This document shows, one piece after another, positions 37,909 through 50,798 of a stretch of 64,000 nt of DNA. A program made the position numbers and the translations under genes. The first letter of the stretch is position 1, and each line of letters begins with the position of its first letter. Origin of the DNA: Zygnema circumcarinatum SAG 698-1b. Lineage: Eukaryota > Plantae > Zygnematophyceae. The notes beneath the pieces were generated by a model. That model saw only the letters and a list, made by a program, of their open reading frames with translations, did no database searches and was not told where the DNA came from. The stretch spans positions 434,001 to 498,000 of the forward strand of contig CM074813.1 in NCBI GenBank assembly GCA_037447605.1, given 5' to 3'.

Positions 37909-40900
37909 CTCCCTCTCATTCGAAAGTGTGGAGTCCGGCAGACGAGCGGTGAAGCTCAAAAGCGGGCCGATGTAGGGCCTTGGTAAGGAAATCGGCGGTC
38001 TGTTTGCCGGTAGGACAGTAGAGGAAGGTAAGGGTGCCGTCTTCGATCTTGTCCCGAGTAAAATGGAACTGAATGTCGATGTGCTTCGTGCGTTGATGAT
38101 GCACGGGGTTTTGCATGAGGGCAAGGGCACCTTGAGAGTCCGTGAAGACGGTGGTGGCATGGGGGGGGGGGGGAAAGTGAGGTTGGAGAGGAGTGACCTG
38201 AGCCAAACAGCTTCTTTGGCAGCAGTTGAAGCGGCCATATACTCTGCTTCGGTGGAGGAGGTGGCCACAGTAGGCTGCTTCCAAGATGACCATGAAATAA
38301 GGCCACTGCTAAGGGAAAAACACGAGCCAGTAACTGAACGTCTGGTGTCGGGGTCACTGCCCCAGTCGGAGTCACAATAGCCGACAAGAGTGGGAGAGCA
38401 GGAGGAGAAGGTAAGGCACAGGGCCTTGGTGCCCTGAAGGTAGCGAAGGACACGCTTGGCAGCGCTGAAGTGAGCAGAGGAGGGTCGGTGAAGGATACAT
38501 AAGCATGGCATACATAAGTGATCCCACGATGGATCGGTAAGTGGCATGCTCTGTGGGGTCGGGGGAGCCAGCCACAAGGGAGGTAAGGTGAATGTGGGCG
38601 TCCAGGGGAGTGGAGATGGGGTTGCAAGCGGCCATCCCAAATCGGTCAAGGAGATCGGAAACATACTTTTCTTGACTGAGGTGAAGGGTCCGAGCAGCCC
38701 AATCTCAAATGACGTGAATCCTGTGACGGAAGAGAACACATTCAAGCTTGACATACAAAACACATATTCTCACAAGATCAACACATAACTCATAAACACT
38801 TCTTTATTTCATATGAGGGCCTCAATACAAATTCACTTCATCCTCTCTTCTCTCTTCCTCTGTTCTCTCTTCACTGTATTCTACATGCGCAGCGCTTCTT
38901 TTCTACCCAATGTCTAAGCTTCCAGAATTCTCCTTTCTGAATCCTCCTTCCTGAGCACCATACATTTGCGACGCTTCGCCTGACGCTTCTCTTCCTGCAC
39001 AGACCTTCCTGAACTCTCTCACACGTGCAGTCCCTTTTCGTCCGTACACTTTCCGTACACCTGTCCGTACACCTATCCGCACACTAGTCCGTACAACTTC
39101 CGTACAACAGTCCGTACAACCCGCAGCATCATCATCTATCACAATTCCCCCTCTTGATGCAAGGGTTGGACAACTCAAACACTCATCAATCCTACAAGTC
39201 TGCAACATCTACCAATCATTGGTCCTGTCCCTGCCTTGGTCATCATATCAGCTGCTTGCTCTGTGGTGTGAACATATTTCAGCTCAATCTCCTTCTTGGT
39301 CACTAACTCACGAATGAAATGATACTTCAAATCTATATGCTTTGTCCTCTTGTGATAAACTGGATTCTTAACTAATGCAATGCAACTCTGACTATCACTC
39401 CACATTAATAACTTTGGTTGCGGTTCCTTCAACTCTGCAAACAATTGCTGCAGCCACTTAGCTTCTTTTGCTGCATGACACGCCGCCATGTACTCAACCT
39501 CTGCACTACTCAACGCCACACACTCCTGAAGTTTGCTGTTCCAAGAAATTGCTGCTCCTGCACAAACAAAGATATATCCACTGGTGCTTTTGCTTGTATC
39601 AACACAGCCTCCCTAATCTGAATCACAATAGCCAATCACCTTTGGCTCTCCTTCAATCTTCTGGAACTTCAATCCTGTATCCAAAGTCCCCTTCACATAG
39701 CGCGTGACTCTCTTCACTGCTTCCCAATGCGCCTTTCCTGGATCATTCAGAAACTTGCTCAGCATTCCAATAGCCGCTGCAAGATCTGGTCTTGTAGAAG
39801 TCATGAGATACATCAGACTTCCTACTGCTGATCTATAAGGGACCCCCTTCATGTACTCCCTTTCTCTCTCTGTCCTGGGACACATTTCACCTGTCAACTT
39901 CACACTAACATCTAATGGGGTACTCACAGGTTTAGCATCCTTCATTTCAAACTTCTCCAAGATCTGCCCCATGTACTTCCTTTGATTCATAAAGATAGAT
40001 CCATCTGTCCCCCTCTGAATCTGAATCCCGAGAATATATTTTGCTTCCCCTAAATCAGACATTTTGAAGTGTTTCATCAAAGTCTTCTTCAGCTTCTGAT
40101 TTTCCTGCAAGCTGGGTCCAGCAATGACCAAATCATCCACATACACACCAATAACAACCATCTGCTCACCAAGTCCCCTCCTGTAAACTGAATGATCAGA
40201 ATCAAACCTCTCACATTGCTCCTTCAACAACACTTGATGAAGCTTCTCATACCAAAGCCTTGGAGCCTGCTTTAGTCCATAGATGGATTTCTTCAACCTA
40301 CAAACTAAATTCTCCTTTCTTGGCTCCACCTTTCCTTCTGACTGCTCCATGAATATCTCCTCGTCTAATTCGCCATTCAGAAATGCTGTCTTCACATCCA
40401 TCTGATGAATGTGCCATCCCTTCTCGGCTGCAATAGCTAACATGCTCCTCAAGCTCTCTATCTTCACTACTGGAGCAAAAGTCTCTGTGAAATCAACCCC
40501 TTCAATCTAACTATATCCTTTTGCAACTAATCTAGCTTTGTACCTTTCAATGCTGCCATCTGCCTTCAGCTTTTTCTTGAACACCCACTTAGCGCCAATT
40601 GCTGTCCTACCTTCTGGCAACTCCTCCAAGGTCCAAGTTTTGTTCTCCAGCAAGCTGTTCCACTCACTGTCTATTGCTCCTTTCCACTTATCTGCATCTT
40701 CTCCTTCCAAAGCTTCTTGATAACTCTGTGGTTCCCCAATTACCACCTGATTGCAGTAAATTGTCCCAATTGAAAGTCTTTGTCTCCCTCCTTTCTTCTC
40801 TTCAGCCATATGCAGTTCTCCAATTCTATCTGATGTCAACTTCACTATCGGCTTCTTTGGTCTCTCTGATCTCCTCAATCCTACTGTGCTGGAATCTCCT

Positions 40901-41169
40901 CTTGTCTCCCTTTGAGGCTACTCCTCCTACGTTGTCTCCATTGGTCTTGTCTCCTTCCTTGCTGACTTCCTTGGTGTCTCTTCATCATCACTATCATCTG
41001 TTTCCTCCTCATCACTATCATCTGCTGGCCGATAACTGAATCTCCTTGGCTGCTGTTTGTCCTCCTTCTGAATATACTCATCCTCATAAACCTGCACATT
41101 TCTGCTTGTGATAACCTGCTGCATCTGAGGGTCGTAAATCCTGTATTGGTAACTGTCACGACTATATCC

Positions 41170-42040
41170 TGTTGGTGCAGGGACTCCTCCACTGCTGCCG
41201 TCCATTCCTCCATTCGGGTCACCCTCCATCGGAGTTCGCGTTCCAATCGACGATGACATCTTCAAATCTCTCACATTCACTCATAGCCCATTTTACTCAC
41301 AGAGTGAATCACAGCAATAATGCACAGCGGAATAACAGAGAGAAATGAATAGGAGAAAGCTCCTGGCTCTAAAACTCCTTAATAGTGAATTCACTCATAC
41401 ATTGAGAGACCCCCTCTCAAATCGGCCACCCAAGTAATCTCACAGCTCACTACCTCACAGCACGAGTAAGTGTAGTGTCGCAACACGAGCGAACAGCATA
41501 ACAGAGACTACTANNNNNNNNNNNNNNNNNNNNNNNNNNNNNNNNNNNNNNNNNNNNNNNNNNNNNNNNACTCAGCCTTCCATTCGATCCACGTCTTGCG
41601 CCGTAGGATCTGACCTTGCCTCCAAGATAGATGACGCGTCAATCCTCGCGTCGTCTCACGCCACCGACAATTCGACGCAGCTCCGTACAGTTCTGAATCG
41701 CGCGCCGACAATTTGACGCCGCATTGCGTCAAGTCTGAATCGGCCAATCCAAAGGCTGACGCCGCGCCGCGTCAGTTTCGATTCGCGCGCAGTTTTGCGC
41801 GTCACGTCACATCTTCAATTCGCTCCGCGGCCGCGTCTGCGCCACGTCACTTTTCGATTCGTCGCGTCGCGCCTCGTCACTTCTGACTCCATCGCGCCGC
41901 GCCTCTCCACCGACCAAAAGTCCGTACCTCCGCCCGTCGGTTTAGGCGCACATCGCCGCCAAGGGCCACACACAACACACGCACACAAAACTAATGTCCC
42001 AACAACAACTTGTCTAGTGACTAACTACTATACACTAACA
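41170..42040 (-). mobile_element. Solo LTR D (contains N gap) in the integrase of C
   Basis: Minus TGTTAG...CCAACA; TSD GGATA (plus TATCC 41165-41169, 42041-42045); removal restores SFMVGY-SRDSYQYRIYD. Confidence 0.85.
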
Positions 42041-42089
42041 TATCCAACCATAAAACTTGTTCTCCCTCTAGCTGCCATCTTCCAACTTC

Positions 42090-42219
42090 TGTGACAAACC
42101 CGCCCTCGGCAGGGTTCGAACACAGGACCTCCCAGTACCCACACCAGTGCTTTACCATTAAAAGGCAACCGCGGATGTAAGTACTAGGCCATACAACCCA
42201 TGTATAGCGTTTCGCTACA
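42090..42219 (-). mobile_element. 130 bp mini solo-LTR G carrying a tRNA-derived segment
   Basis: Minus TGTAGCG...GTCACA; TSD GAAGT (plus ACTTC 42085-42089, 42220-42224); removal restores the C integrase frame. Contains AATGGTAAAGC (D-loop/A-box-like) and GTTCGAACCC (B box). Confidence 0.85.
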
Positions 42220-42469
42220 ACTTCTCTGATGTTGAGGGATCCAAACAGTACACCTACTCCCCCACACTCTAAGATGAGAAACATTGGGCTTTGAACCTGC
42301 CCACCTTTCTTGTGGAGTCTGATCCTTCAGCAAAGAGTTGTAACTCCTGTTTTTGATGTAGGCTGCTGCAGTCACTGCTTCAGCCCAGAGGTTTTCTGGA
42401 AGGTTGCTGTCCACCAGGTTGCACCTTGCAATGTCCATGAGGGACTTGTTCATCCTCTCCGCAACTCCA

Positions 42470-43152
42470 TGTTGATGCAGCGCCCTCCCTTGGTGGGGCT
42501 GCCACTTCTCCTCTACCCTGGGTAGAACTCGACATCTTCAATGAATTGCTCAATCACACAAAGCACACTAAATGCAAGAGAACAACTCAGCGGAAATATG
42601 AAAATGTAAGGAGAAAGCCACCAGCCTAAAACTCCTTAAGATAAAGATGAAATACAACTTGACAACACTAGAGCCAAGCTTCAAGCACCTCTTCTCAAGC
42701 TACGTGAATAAACCACCCACTACAAGCTGAACTCTTCCCACTATCTCCTAGGCCCTAAGCAAGATAGCCTCACTCCCCAATGTGAGTCACGAGAAGGTTA
42801 ACTTCTACCAAACAATCTAAGCCTTAAATACAATATGGCGCCATTAGTGACATTGTCACGTCACGGCCGCACATGCAACGCCTTGCAAGACCCTTATCCC
42901 GNNNNNNNNNNCCAATGTCCGTACATTCGAGGTCCTGGCCTTCCAAATCGTACCACTGATTTGCCGCACCGACATTCTGATGCCTTGCCTTGCCAAATCA
43001 GACTCTGCGCGCTATACGCACACCCCCTTAAAGACTTGTACGGTCGCCTAGACGCCCCTCCGTACAATGTGGACAACATGAGCACACCCCTCCTTAGAAC
43101 TTAGTACCAACAACTTAGTGTACAACTAGTTCCTAACTACTTTACACTAACA
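42470..43152 (-). mobile_element. Solo LTR E (contains N gap) in the integrase core of C
   Basis: Minus TGTTAGTGTAAAGTAG...CATCAACA; TSD TGGAG (plus CTCCA 42465-42469, 43153-43157); removal restores PQ*NGVAERMN. Confidence 0.87.
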
Positions 43153-44298
43153 CTCCATTCTATTGTGGTGTATAAGGAGCAGTGAATGCTTGCCTTATAC
43201 CTGTCTCTGCACACATCTGCTCAAAGCTCCTGTTTTTGAATTCACCCCCATTGTCAGTCTTTATCCTTTTCACTAGTTCTCCACTCTCTCTCTCCACCAT
43301 CGCTTTCCATCCCAGAAAAGTTCTGAAAACTTCATGCTTGTGCCGAATCATCCTCACCCAAACTTTCCTACTGTAGTCATCAACAATGGTGAGGAAATAG
43401 TGATTTCCTCCAATGCTCTCAACATCTGATGCACATACATCCATGTGCACAAGCTCCAAACGTTTCCTTGTTCGAATGGTCTCATCCAACCTCTTTAATG
43501 CTTTCTGCTTCAACTTCCCTTCTTCACATCCTTTGCAACTATGCTGCATTTCCTTACAGCTCAAAGTCTCCAAACCTGCCACCATCTCCTTCTTACTCAT
43601 GGCTACTAATGATCTCCAACTAAGGTGGCCTAACCTCCTATGCCACAAATCAGCATCTGCCGTATAGGCTCTCAGAACATGTGACTTTATAAAGGTTCTT
43701 CCTTTCTTTCCCCTTGCACATCTCACTCTATACAGATTGCCATCATCGTATGCCTCCAAAGCCAAGCGCCCATTTGGCCTTCTCACTGTGCATCTATCTC
43801 CAAAGAAATTAACATTCATGCCATTTCTAGCAAGCTGCCTCACAGACATTAGATTCTTTTCAAGGCTTGGAGCATACATGACCTTTGAAATGAGTACTTC
43901 CTCCTGTTGTGGTCTCACCATCAAATTCAGCTTCACTGTCCCAACTTCATCCACGATGTCCTCTCCTCCATTGGCTGTCCGAAGAATCTTTGGAACTGCC
44001 AATTTCCTCATCTCCACAAATTCGTCTCTATTGGCACAAATATGATGTGATGCGCCGCTGTCCACTATCCAATCTGCACGTTGCTCCTTCTCCTCCAAAC
44101 GATAGGCTGACTCCTCATCTGCCTCTACACCTCCTTGAAGATTTCTCACTGAAGCTGCAAGTCCTCTGATGCCGCCTCTCCTGCCATAGCCGCCTCTTCC
44201 TCTACCTTGTGGTTTATGAAAACAATCACGAGCCAAATGACCTGGCTTTCCACAAACAAAACATCCTTCTCCTCTTGTGTCGTCATTCTGTCCACTAG

Positions 44299-45916
44299 TG
44301 TTGGTGTGAGGGGGCAGAAGGAGAGACATAGTGGAAGGATAAAAACAAGCTTGAGTGAAACTCCAAAACTTCTTCCACTTCTACTTCGGCCACATACCGC
44401 ATCCGCCACAGTATGCCTTCTCTTCCTCCCCTCACCAGGTGCGCACAGCGGAAAACAAAACGCGCCACCTACAAGAACACTTCTTCATCTCCTCCATGGT
44501 CTCGGCTCCTTCAGCTCCACGCTCCTCCAATGGTCTCCACGTGTGATGCGACACACCGCCCATACAATGGTCGCCTCCACTCATCCATCACTCCAATCCA
44601 ACACAAGGACTCACATGTGACAAATGACACAAGTATAAGGAGAAAGCCCTCGGCCCTAAAACTCCTTAACATTCATAGGTGTAATACAAGCTCTCTTAGG
44701 AAATCTACATATAACCTTATGCCCGATTCTCCTCCTCTCATGAGCACTACCCTATCCACTGATAGGCAGCTTACACCCCAACTGCAGTAGCTAAGCACTA
44801 TATGCTTGCTTGAACTTCTCCTCTACCTCAACACGAGAGGGACACATCTCTAACTCTTTCACTAGAGCTAACCATGATGAGAGACAGTTCTTTCACGACC
44901 CCCTACACAAGGCCGGACTCCTCAAGGCCTCAGCCTCTGCCTACTCTTCCTAACACGAAGGTTGAGCAGCATAACGTTCGAGTGAGTGAGTATGAGTGAG
45001 TAAGTAGGAAGCCAAGCTTGCTCCCTCATATACCATGGCGGCCTTTGTCACGTGACGCCGTCATGTCACGGCCACCCATGCAGCGCCTTGCAAGGGCCCT
45101 ATCCTGATCTCAATCGTGCTCCGTCGGATCCTCCTTGGCTCACACGGATCCAGCTCCTCAGCCCGTCGGATCCAACTCAGCCTCATCTTGATCCTCGTCC
45201 TGCACCGTACGATCTGACTCCTCACTAACTCAGCTGCATGTGGGACCCCGTAAGCCTACGGTCGCCACCGACCTAGGCCTTACAGGCCTTACCCCGAATG
45301 TGACACGTGGCGCCTTCCGATTCGCCACTGTCCTCCACATGAGACACTGCTGATGCAGCGCCTCCTCACTCCTGATTCATTGCGCCGACATTCTGATGCC
45401 GCGCCTTGTCACTTTCGAATCTGCCGCGTCGCGCCACGTCACTTCTGACTCCGCCGCGCTGTGCCTCAGCACCGACCAAAATCCGTACTTCGAAAGTACA
45501 TACCTAATCATGCAAAATGTCCCGCAAGGAGATTGCGTCGCGATCTGCACTCTGGCGCGACCAATCATGTCGCTTAGTGCAGATCCGCCTTTCGCGCCAA
45601 AGACCTCCGCGTCCGAACATTTCCGCGTCGTCCGTACAGTCGCGCGCCGTCCGTACAGTCGCGCTCCAGACCAATTAATGCGCATCCAGCGCACCCCCTT
45701 TGGTACGGTCTAAGCCTAAGCCGTAAATCTACGACCCTAGACCTTCCCTAGACCTGCCGTACACTACCCTAACAATTTGGGCATCCCCCATGTTTGGTCC
45801 TATACCAAACATGACCATTCATGCATGACATTGTCCCTACATCAACACATGATCTCCTGGACAACATTCATGCGAGGAACTAAGTACCAACACCTTGATG
45901 TACCTATACATCAACA
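44299..45916 (-). mobile_element. 1618 bp solo LTR F between the two Gag zinc knuckles of C
   Basis: Minus TGTTGATG...CACCAACA; TSD plus ACTAG (44294-44298, 45917-45921). Shares GAGAAAGC..TAAAACTCCTTAA with D and E, and further blocks with each. Confidence 0.87.
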
Positions 45917-47750
45917 ACTAGCGCCTCTCCAAACCCCTCTTCCGCTAGCTGCACCATTTCCTGCTCCAGAACTCCTTGAACTGCTCCAGCAGTCCTTGGC
46001 AAGATGTCCAGGTTTTCCACAATTGTAGCATGATGCCTGCTAGGCCTGACCTGTGCGTCCTCTTCCAAACGATGAACTTCCACGGAAAACACCCCCTCTT
46101 GCTCCACGACCTCTAACTCTGTAGTTAGCCGCGTAGGCTTCCACCTATTCTCCTCCATCTGCATCTCCGCTTTGGCTGTGGAAGGCCTCACTGGTCTGAG
46201 GCCTATGACCTATGAAATTCTGTGCTCAGATTCAACTGCCCTTAAGATAGCTTTCACTGACTCTACATCGCTCAACTGTTGAGTTCTTATGTGGCCGACA
46301 TCTCAAGAGGCTCTCTCTTCACAACACCGTAAGATTGTATGGACCTGCTGTTCCTCCGTGATAGTGCCCCCTACATCCTCATATTGCCTTACCAGAACTT
46401 CAAATCTTAAAATAAACTCATCTATTGACTCTCTCCTTGATAGACTTAAGGTCGTCAATTCTGTCCAGAGGGAATTTCTCACGGCCATAGACTTCTTCAA
46501 ATAAATCTCCTTTAACTTATCCCACATCTCCTTCGCAGTATCCTTGCCCCCTAACAGAATAAGATGCTTCTTATCTACTAAGCTAGCAATCTGATATTTT
46601 GCCTCATCGTCTAATTCCTGCCATTTCTCCAACTCAGGTCCTGCCGCCGCTGGTTTAGCAGATGTACCTTCCACGATTTTCCAGCATCCTTTCTTCTGCA
46701 GCTTGATCTTCGCGAATATCTCCCATGCTGCATAGTTAGTCCCATCGAAGAATATCTTCCCTTCATCACTCCGCTTACTCATTTTTGATCTCACTCAGAA
46801 TCACTCACTTGCTTACTCACTTGCTCTCTCAATAAATTATCAACCAGCTTTCTCTCACTCAGCTCTGATACCACAAATCCCAAAACACCATTGCAGTTCG
46901 TCGAGGTCCGTCATGTCAAAATGGCTGCGAAGGAGTTGTTTGACGTCCGAGATGGGGGGAAGGGAGGGACCACAGATAATGAGGTCATCAACGTAAACCG
47001 CAAGGATGGTGAGGGTCTGACCGTGGCCACGAAAGTAGATGCTGAAGTCGGCGTCGATGCGAGTGAAGCTGCTGGCAAGAAGGACAGCATCCAAAGTGCG
47101 GTTCCAGACGCGTGGTGCTTGCCGGAGGCGATAGATGGATTTGTTGAGGCGGCAGAAGAGGTGTTCGATGCCGAGGGTGACGTACCCGTCGGGTTGGCGC
47201 ATAAAAATCGTTTCTTGAAGGTCCCCGTAGAGGAATGCGGTTTTGACATCCATCTGGTGAATCTCCCAATCGTGAGTGGCAGAGAGGGCAAGGAGGACGC
47301 GAATGGAAGTGAATTTGGCCACCGGGGCATAAGTTTCGGTGAAGTCAATGCCTTCAAGCTGAGAGAACCCCTTGGCTACAAAACGGGCTTTGTAGCGGTC
47401 AACCGAGCCGTCGGCTTTTGTTTGATTTTAAATACCCATTTAGAGCCGATGGCGCGACGGCCGGGTGGGAGGGGAACAAGGTCCCACGTGTTGTTTTTCT
47501 GAAGGGAGAGGAATTCAGCATCAACGGCAACTTTCCAGAGTGCGGCGTCTAGGGTGCGAAGGGCGGCAGCAAAAGTAGGGGGAGCAGACGAGGAGGCGAC
47601 GAAGGCCATGGCGGAGGAAAGGAGGGCATGGGCGGCAGTGTCGATAATTTTCCACGTGGGTCGCCGATCGCGGGTGCCGTGGCGAGGGGCAGGGCCGGGG
47701 GGAACCGGAAGGGAGAGTGCCGGAGGGCAGGGTGGTGGGGNNNNNNNNNN

Positions 47751-50700
47751 CTCACTGTCCTGTGTGTCTGAATGGCTTCAACCTCATACTCGAGATCACC
47801 TTCAACTTCCACTGGAGGGGGAGGTGGTTGGACTCTCCCATCGCTACGGTATGCCTTAAGAAGACCCACATGAAAGACCGGATGCACCTTCATATGAGCC
47901 GGTAAAGCCAACCGGTAAGCGACTTCACCGATTCGCTTCATGACCGAAAAAGGTCCCATGGAACGAGGCCACAACTTACGGGTTCCGCCGTAAGTCTTCA
48001 GGCGCAAGTTCGACGTGCTTAGCAGTACCTCATCGCCTACAGCGAAGGTTAATGCAACACGACGACGATCAGCATAGGCTTTTTGCCGCGATTGGGCTGC
48101 TAACAGGGTCTGCCTTGCCCTCTGTAACGCCTCGGACATTTTCCGAGTGAAAGCACTAACGGCGGGAGGTTGACTCCCGCCAGCTCCTCTCATGCCCCAA
48201 GGATCCGGGAGCCGGTGAACATCCATGTTCCACACATCTGGCTGTTGATCTCTTGGCTGCAGGGGATTTAGAGGATGCTGACCAAAGTTCAAGAAGAACG
48301 GAGTGGTACCGATTGATTCCTGGAATGCATTATTAATGGCGTACTCAGCCACCGGGAGCAGTTCATCCCATCCATCCGGGACGGGTCCCACATACTGCCT
48401 CAAATAGTCTTCCAGAATCCGGTTAACCCTCTCCGTCTGCCCATCTGTCTGAGGGTGGAAGGCTGTACTCATAGCCTACTTAGTCCCGATAATACGGAGG
48501 ATCTCTTTCCAGAAATGCCCTGTAAATTGGGTATCACGATCTGAGATGATCTCAGATTGAAGTCCATGTTGACTCCAGACCTTATCAACGTAGAGTCGTG
48601 CTACTTCATCGGCTCCAGCTGTCTTAGCAGTAGGTGCAAAATGCACCATCTTGCTCAGCCGGTCGACGAACACGAGAATGGAGTCAAAACCCCGAGCTGT
48701 CACAGGTAGATCTGTGATCAAGTCCATTCCCACGCTCTCCCACTTCCTGTAAGGAGGAGCGATGGGCTGAAGCAAGCCAGGCACCGGACCGGTACGAGGC
48801 TTATCGCGTTGACAAGTTGGGCATGCGAGTACATACGCTTCCACGGCCGCTGTAATTCCGGGCCACCAGAATTCTCGGAGCAGTGCTTCACGGGTTTTGG
48901 CAACTCCCATATGGCCTCTGTACGGAGGATCGTGCATTTCACTCAGTATGAGCTGCCGTACAGATCCAGCCTTGGGTACGACTAACTGCTTATTGTGGTA
49001 CCAAAAACCGTCCTTGAGCACGAGCTTGTTCTTATAGCCATTGCCTTGGCCGTCTAGGAACAAAGGATCACCAGTGTACCCCTCCTGGATCATCTGTCTG
49101 AAATCAGAGAGAGCAGGAGGGTTGACTGCGTCACTGGTGGAGGGGTTTATGACAAAACATACTGGAGATGTAAACGCTGGGTTGGCCGGCCCTTCGTCTC
49201 CACCATCTCGTACCACCAACACTCGAGTCGACGAGCGCATCATCCAGGCTAGATGAATGGGTTGCCTGCTAAGTGGGTCCGCTACATTCAGCCTCCCAGG
49301 CCTGTATACCCACTTGCAGTCGAACCGTTGGAGGAACTCAGACCAGCGTGCCTGCCGCCTCGAAAGAGTTTGCTGAGTGGAGAGGAACGTCAGTGGACGG
49401 TGGTCCGTGACCAGCGTGACTGCCACCGCCCCCTCCAAATAGCAACGCCATGTCCTCAGGGCGTGAACCACAGCCAAGAGCTCTTGCTCTGTGGCGGAGT
49501 AGTTTCGCTCAGCTGGGTTCATCTTGCGACTTTCGTAAGCAAGAGGTTGGTCGTCTTGGAACAAGACCGCACCCAAAGCGAACCCAGAGGCGTCGCAGAC
49601 CACCTCATATGGTAAGGTGGGATCAGCCAACCTCAACGTAGGTGCTGTCACAAGCGCATGTCTAACACCATCAAAGGCCGTCTGGCACTCTGGTGTCCAT
49701 GCATAAGCGACACCGGAACGTGTCAAATTGGTAAGAGGTGTTACCAATTTACTAAAGCCTTGGATAAACTTACGAAAATAATTCGCAAATCCAAGAAAAG
49801 ATCGCAACTGATAAAGGTCAGCCGGTACAGCCCATGTCTTTACAACAGACACCTTGGCTGGATCAGGCTTCAGTCCCTGATCGTTCAAGATATGCCCAAG
49901 ATACAACAGCTCACGTTGCATGAAGTTACACTTCTTTCGCTTGGCATAAAACGTGTGTTTTCGTAACACCTCGAACACTTTGCGCACATGCACAAGGTGC
50001 TCAGCGTCTGTCTTGCTGAATACCAGGATATCATCCAGGTAGACCAGGACAAACTCATCCATGCCGATGAACATCTCGTTCATCACGGCTTGGAAAGTAG
50101 CCGGAGCATTGGTCAGTCCAAAAGGTAGCACCTTGTATTGGAAATGACCAATCGGCGTCCGAAAGGCCGTCTTAGGGACATCAGCGTCCATGACACGGAT
50201 CTGATGATACCCCTGAGCAAGATCAAGTGAGGTGAATACCTTCGCCCCCTGCAGACGGTCTAGCAGATCGTCAATGCGAGGTAAAGCAAATCTGTTCTTT
50301 ACCGTGATCTTATTTAGTGCTCGATAATCGATGCACAACCTCAAAGATCCATCCTTTTTGCCTACAAAAAGGATGGGAGCCCCAAAGGGACTCTGGCTGG
50401 GCTCAATCCAGCCTTTATCCCGCAGATTAGCGAGTTGCTTGCGCATCTCCTCAGTCTCCTTTGGACTAAGCCTATAGATAGGCCGCCAAGGAGGTTTCTG
50501 CCCTGGCTCAAGGGGTATGGTATGCCCTACCCCGCGGGCTGGAGGCAAACCCCTTGGCAGATCGTCTGGGAACACATCCGCAAACGCCTTCAACAAAGGT
50601 TGAAACATAGCTGGAACAGTGGGCATGGCCTCACCCGCAGTGGGTTGCCACTCCTGATCCTCGTCATGAGCATCCTCGGTTGTCGTCATGACTTGCACCA

Positions 50701-50788
50701 TAAACAAGATGCTATTCGTTTTCAGGGCCTTGCCAATTTGCATGGCAGAGCACAGAAACGACAAAGACGACTGCGAAGAGGCCGGTCC
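47751..50788 (-). CDS. Chromovirus B pol: RT-RNaseH-integrase-chromodomain (one in-frame TAG at ~48476)
   Basis: ORFs 48476..50824 and 47549..48472 are in the same frame, separated by one stop. Confidence 0.9.
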
Positions 50789-50798
50789 NNNNNNNNNN

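Larger units (their letters stand above)
38722..46875 (-). mobile_element. Ty1/Copia element C inserted in the RT of A; 3' LTR present, 5' LTR absent
   Basis: TSD GGATT (plus AATCC 38717-38721, 46876-46880) splits A's FGI|HVI. 3' LTR 38722-39143 (TGTGA...TCACA), PPT AAGAGGGGGAAT, PBS TGGTATCAGAGC at 46862-46873. Gag 46794 onward with two CCHC knuckles, PR WIVDSGASHH, IN VHMDVC...IVDDYSR, RT HQMDVKTAFLNG/VYVDDL, RH RTKHIDLKYHF. Several premature stops. Confidence 0.92.

Noticed and set aside
42097-42167. Functional tRNA gene
   Set aside because: D-stem 5' strand missing, 6 nt anticodon loop and mismatched T stem; lies inside a TSD-flanked insert, so reported as tRNA-derived.
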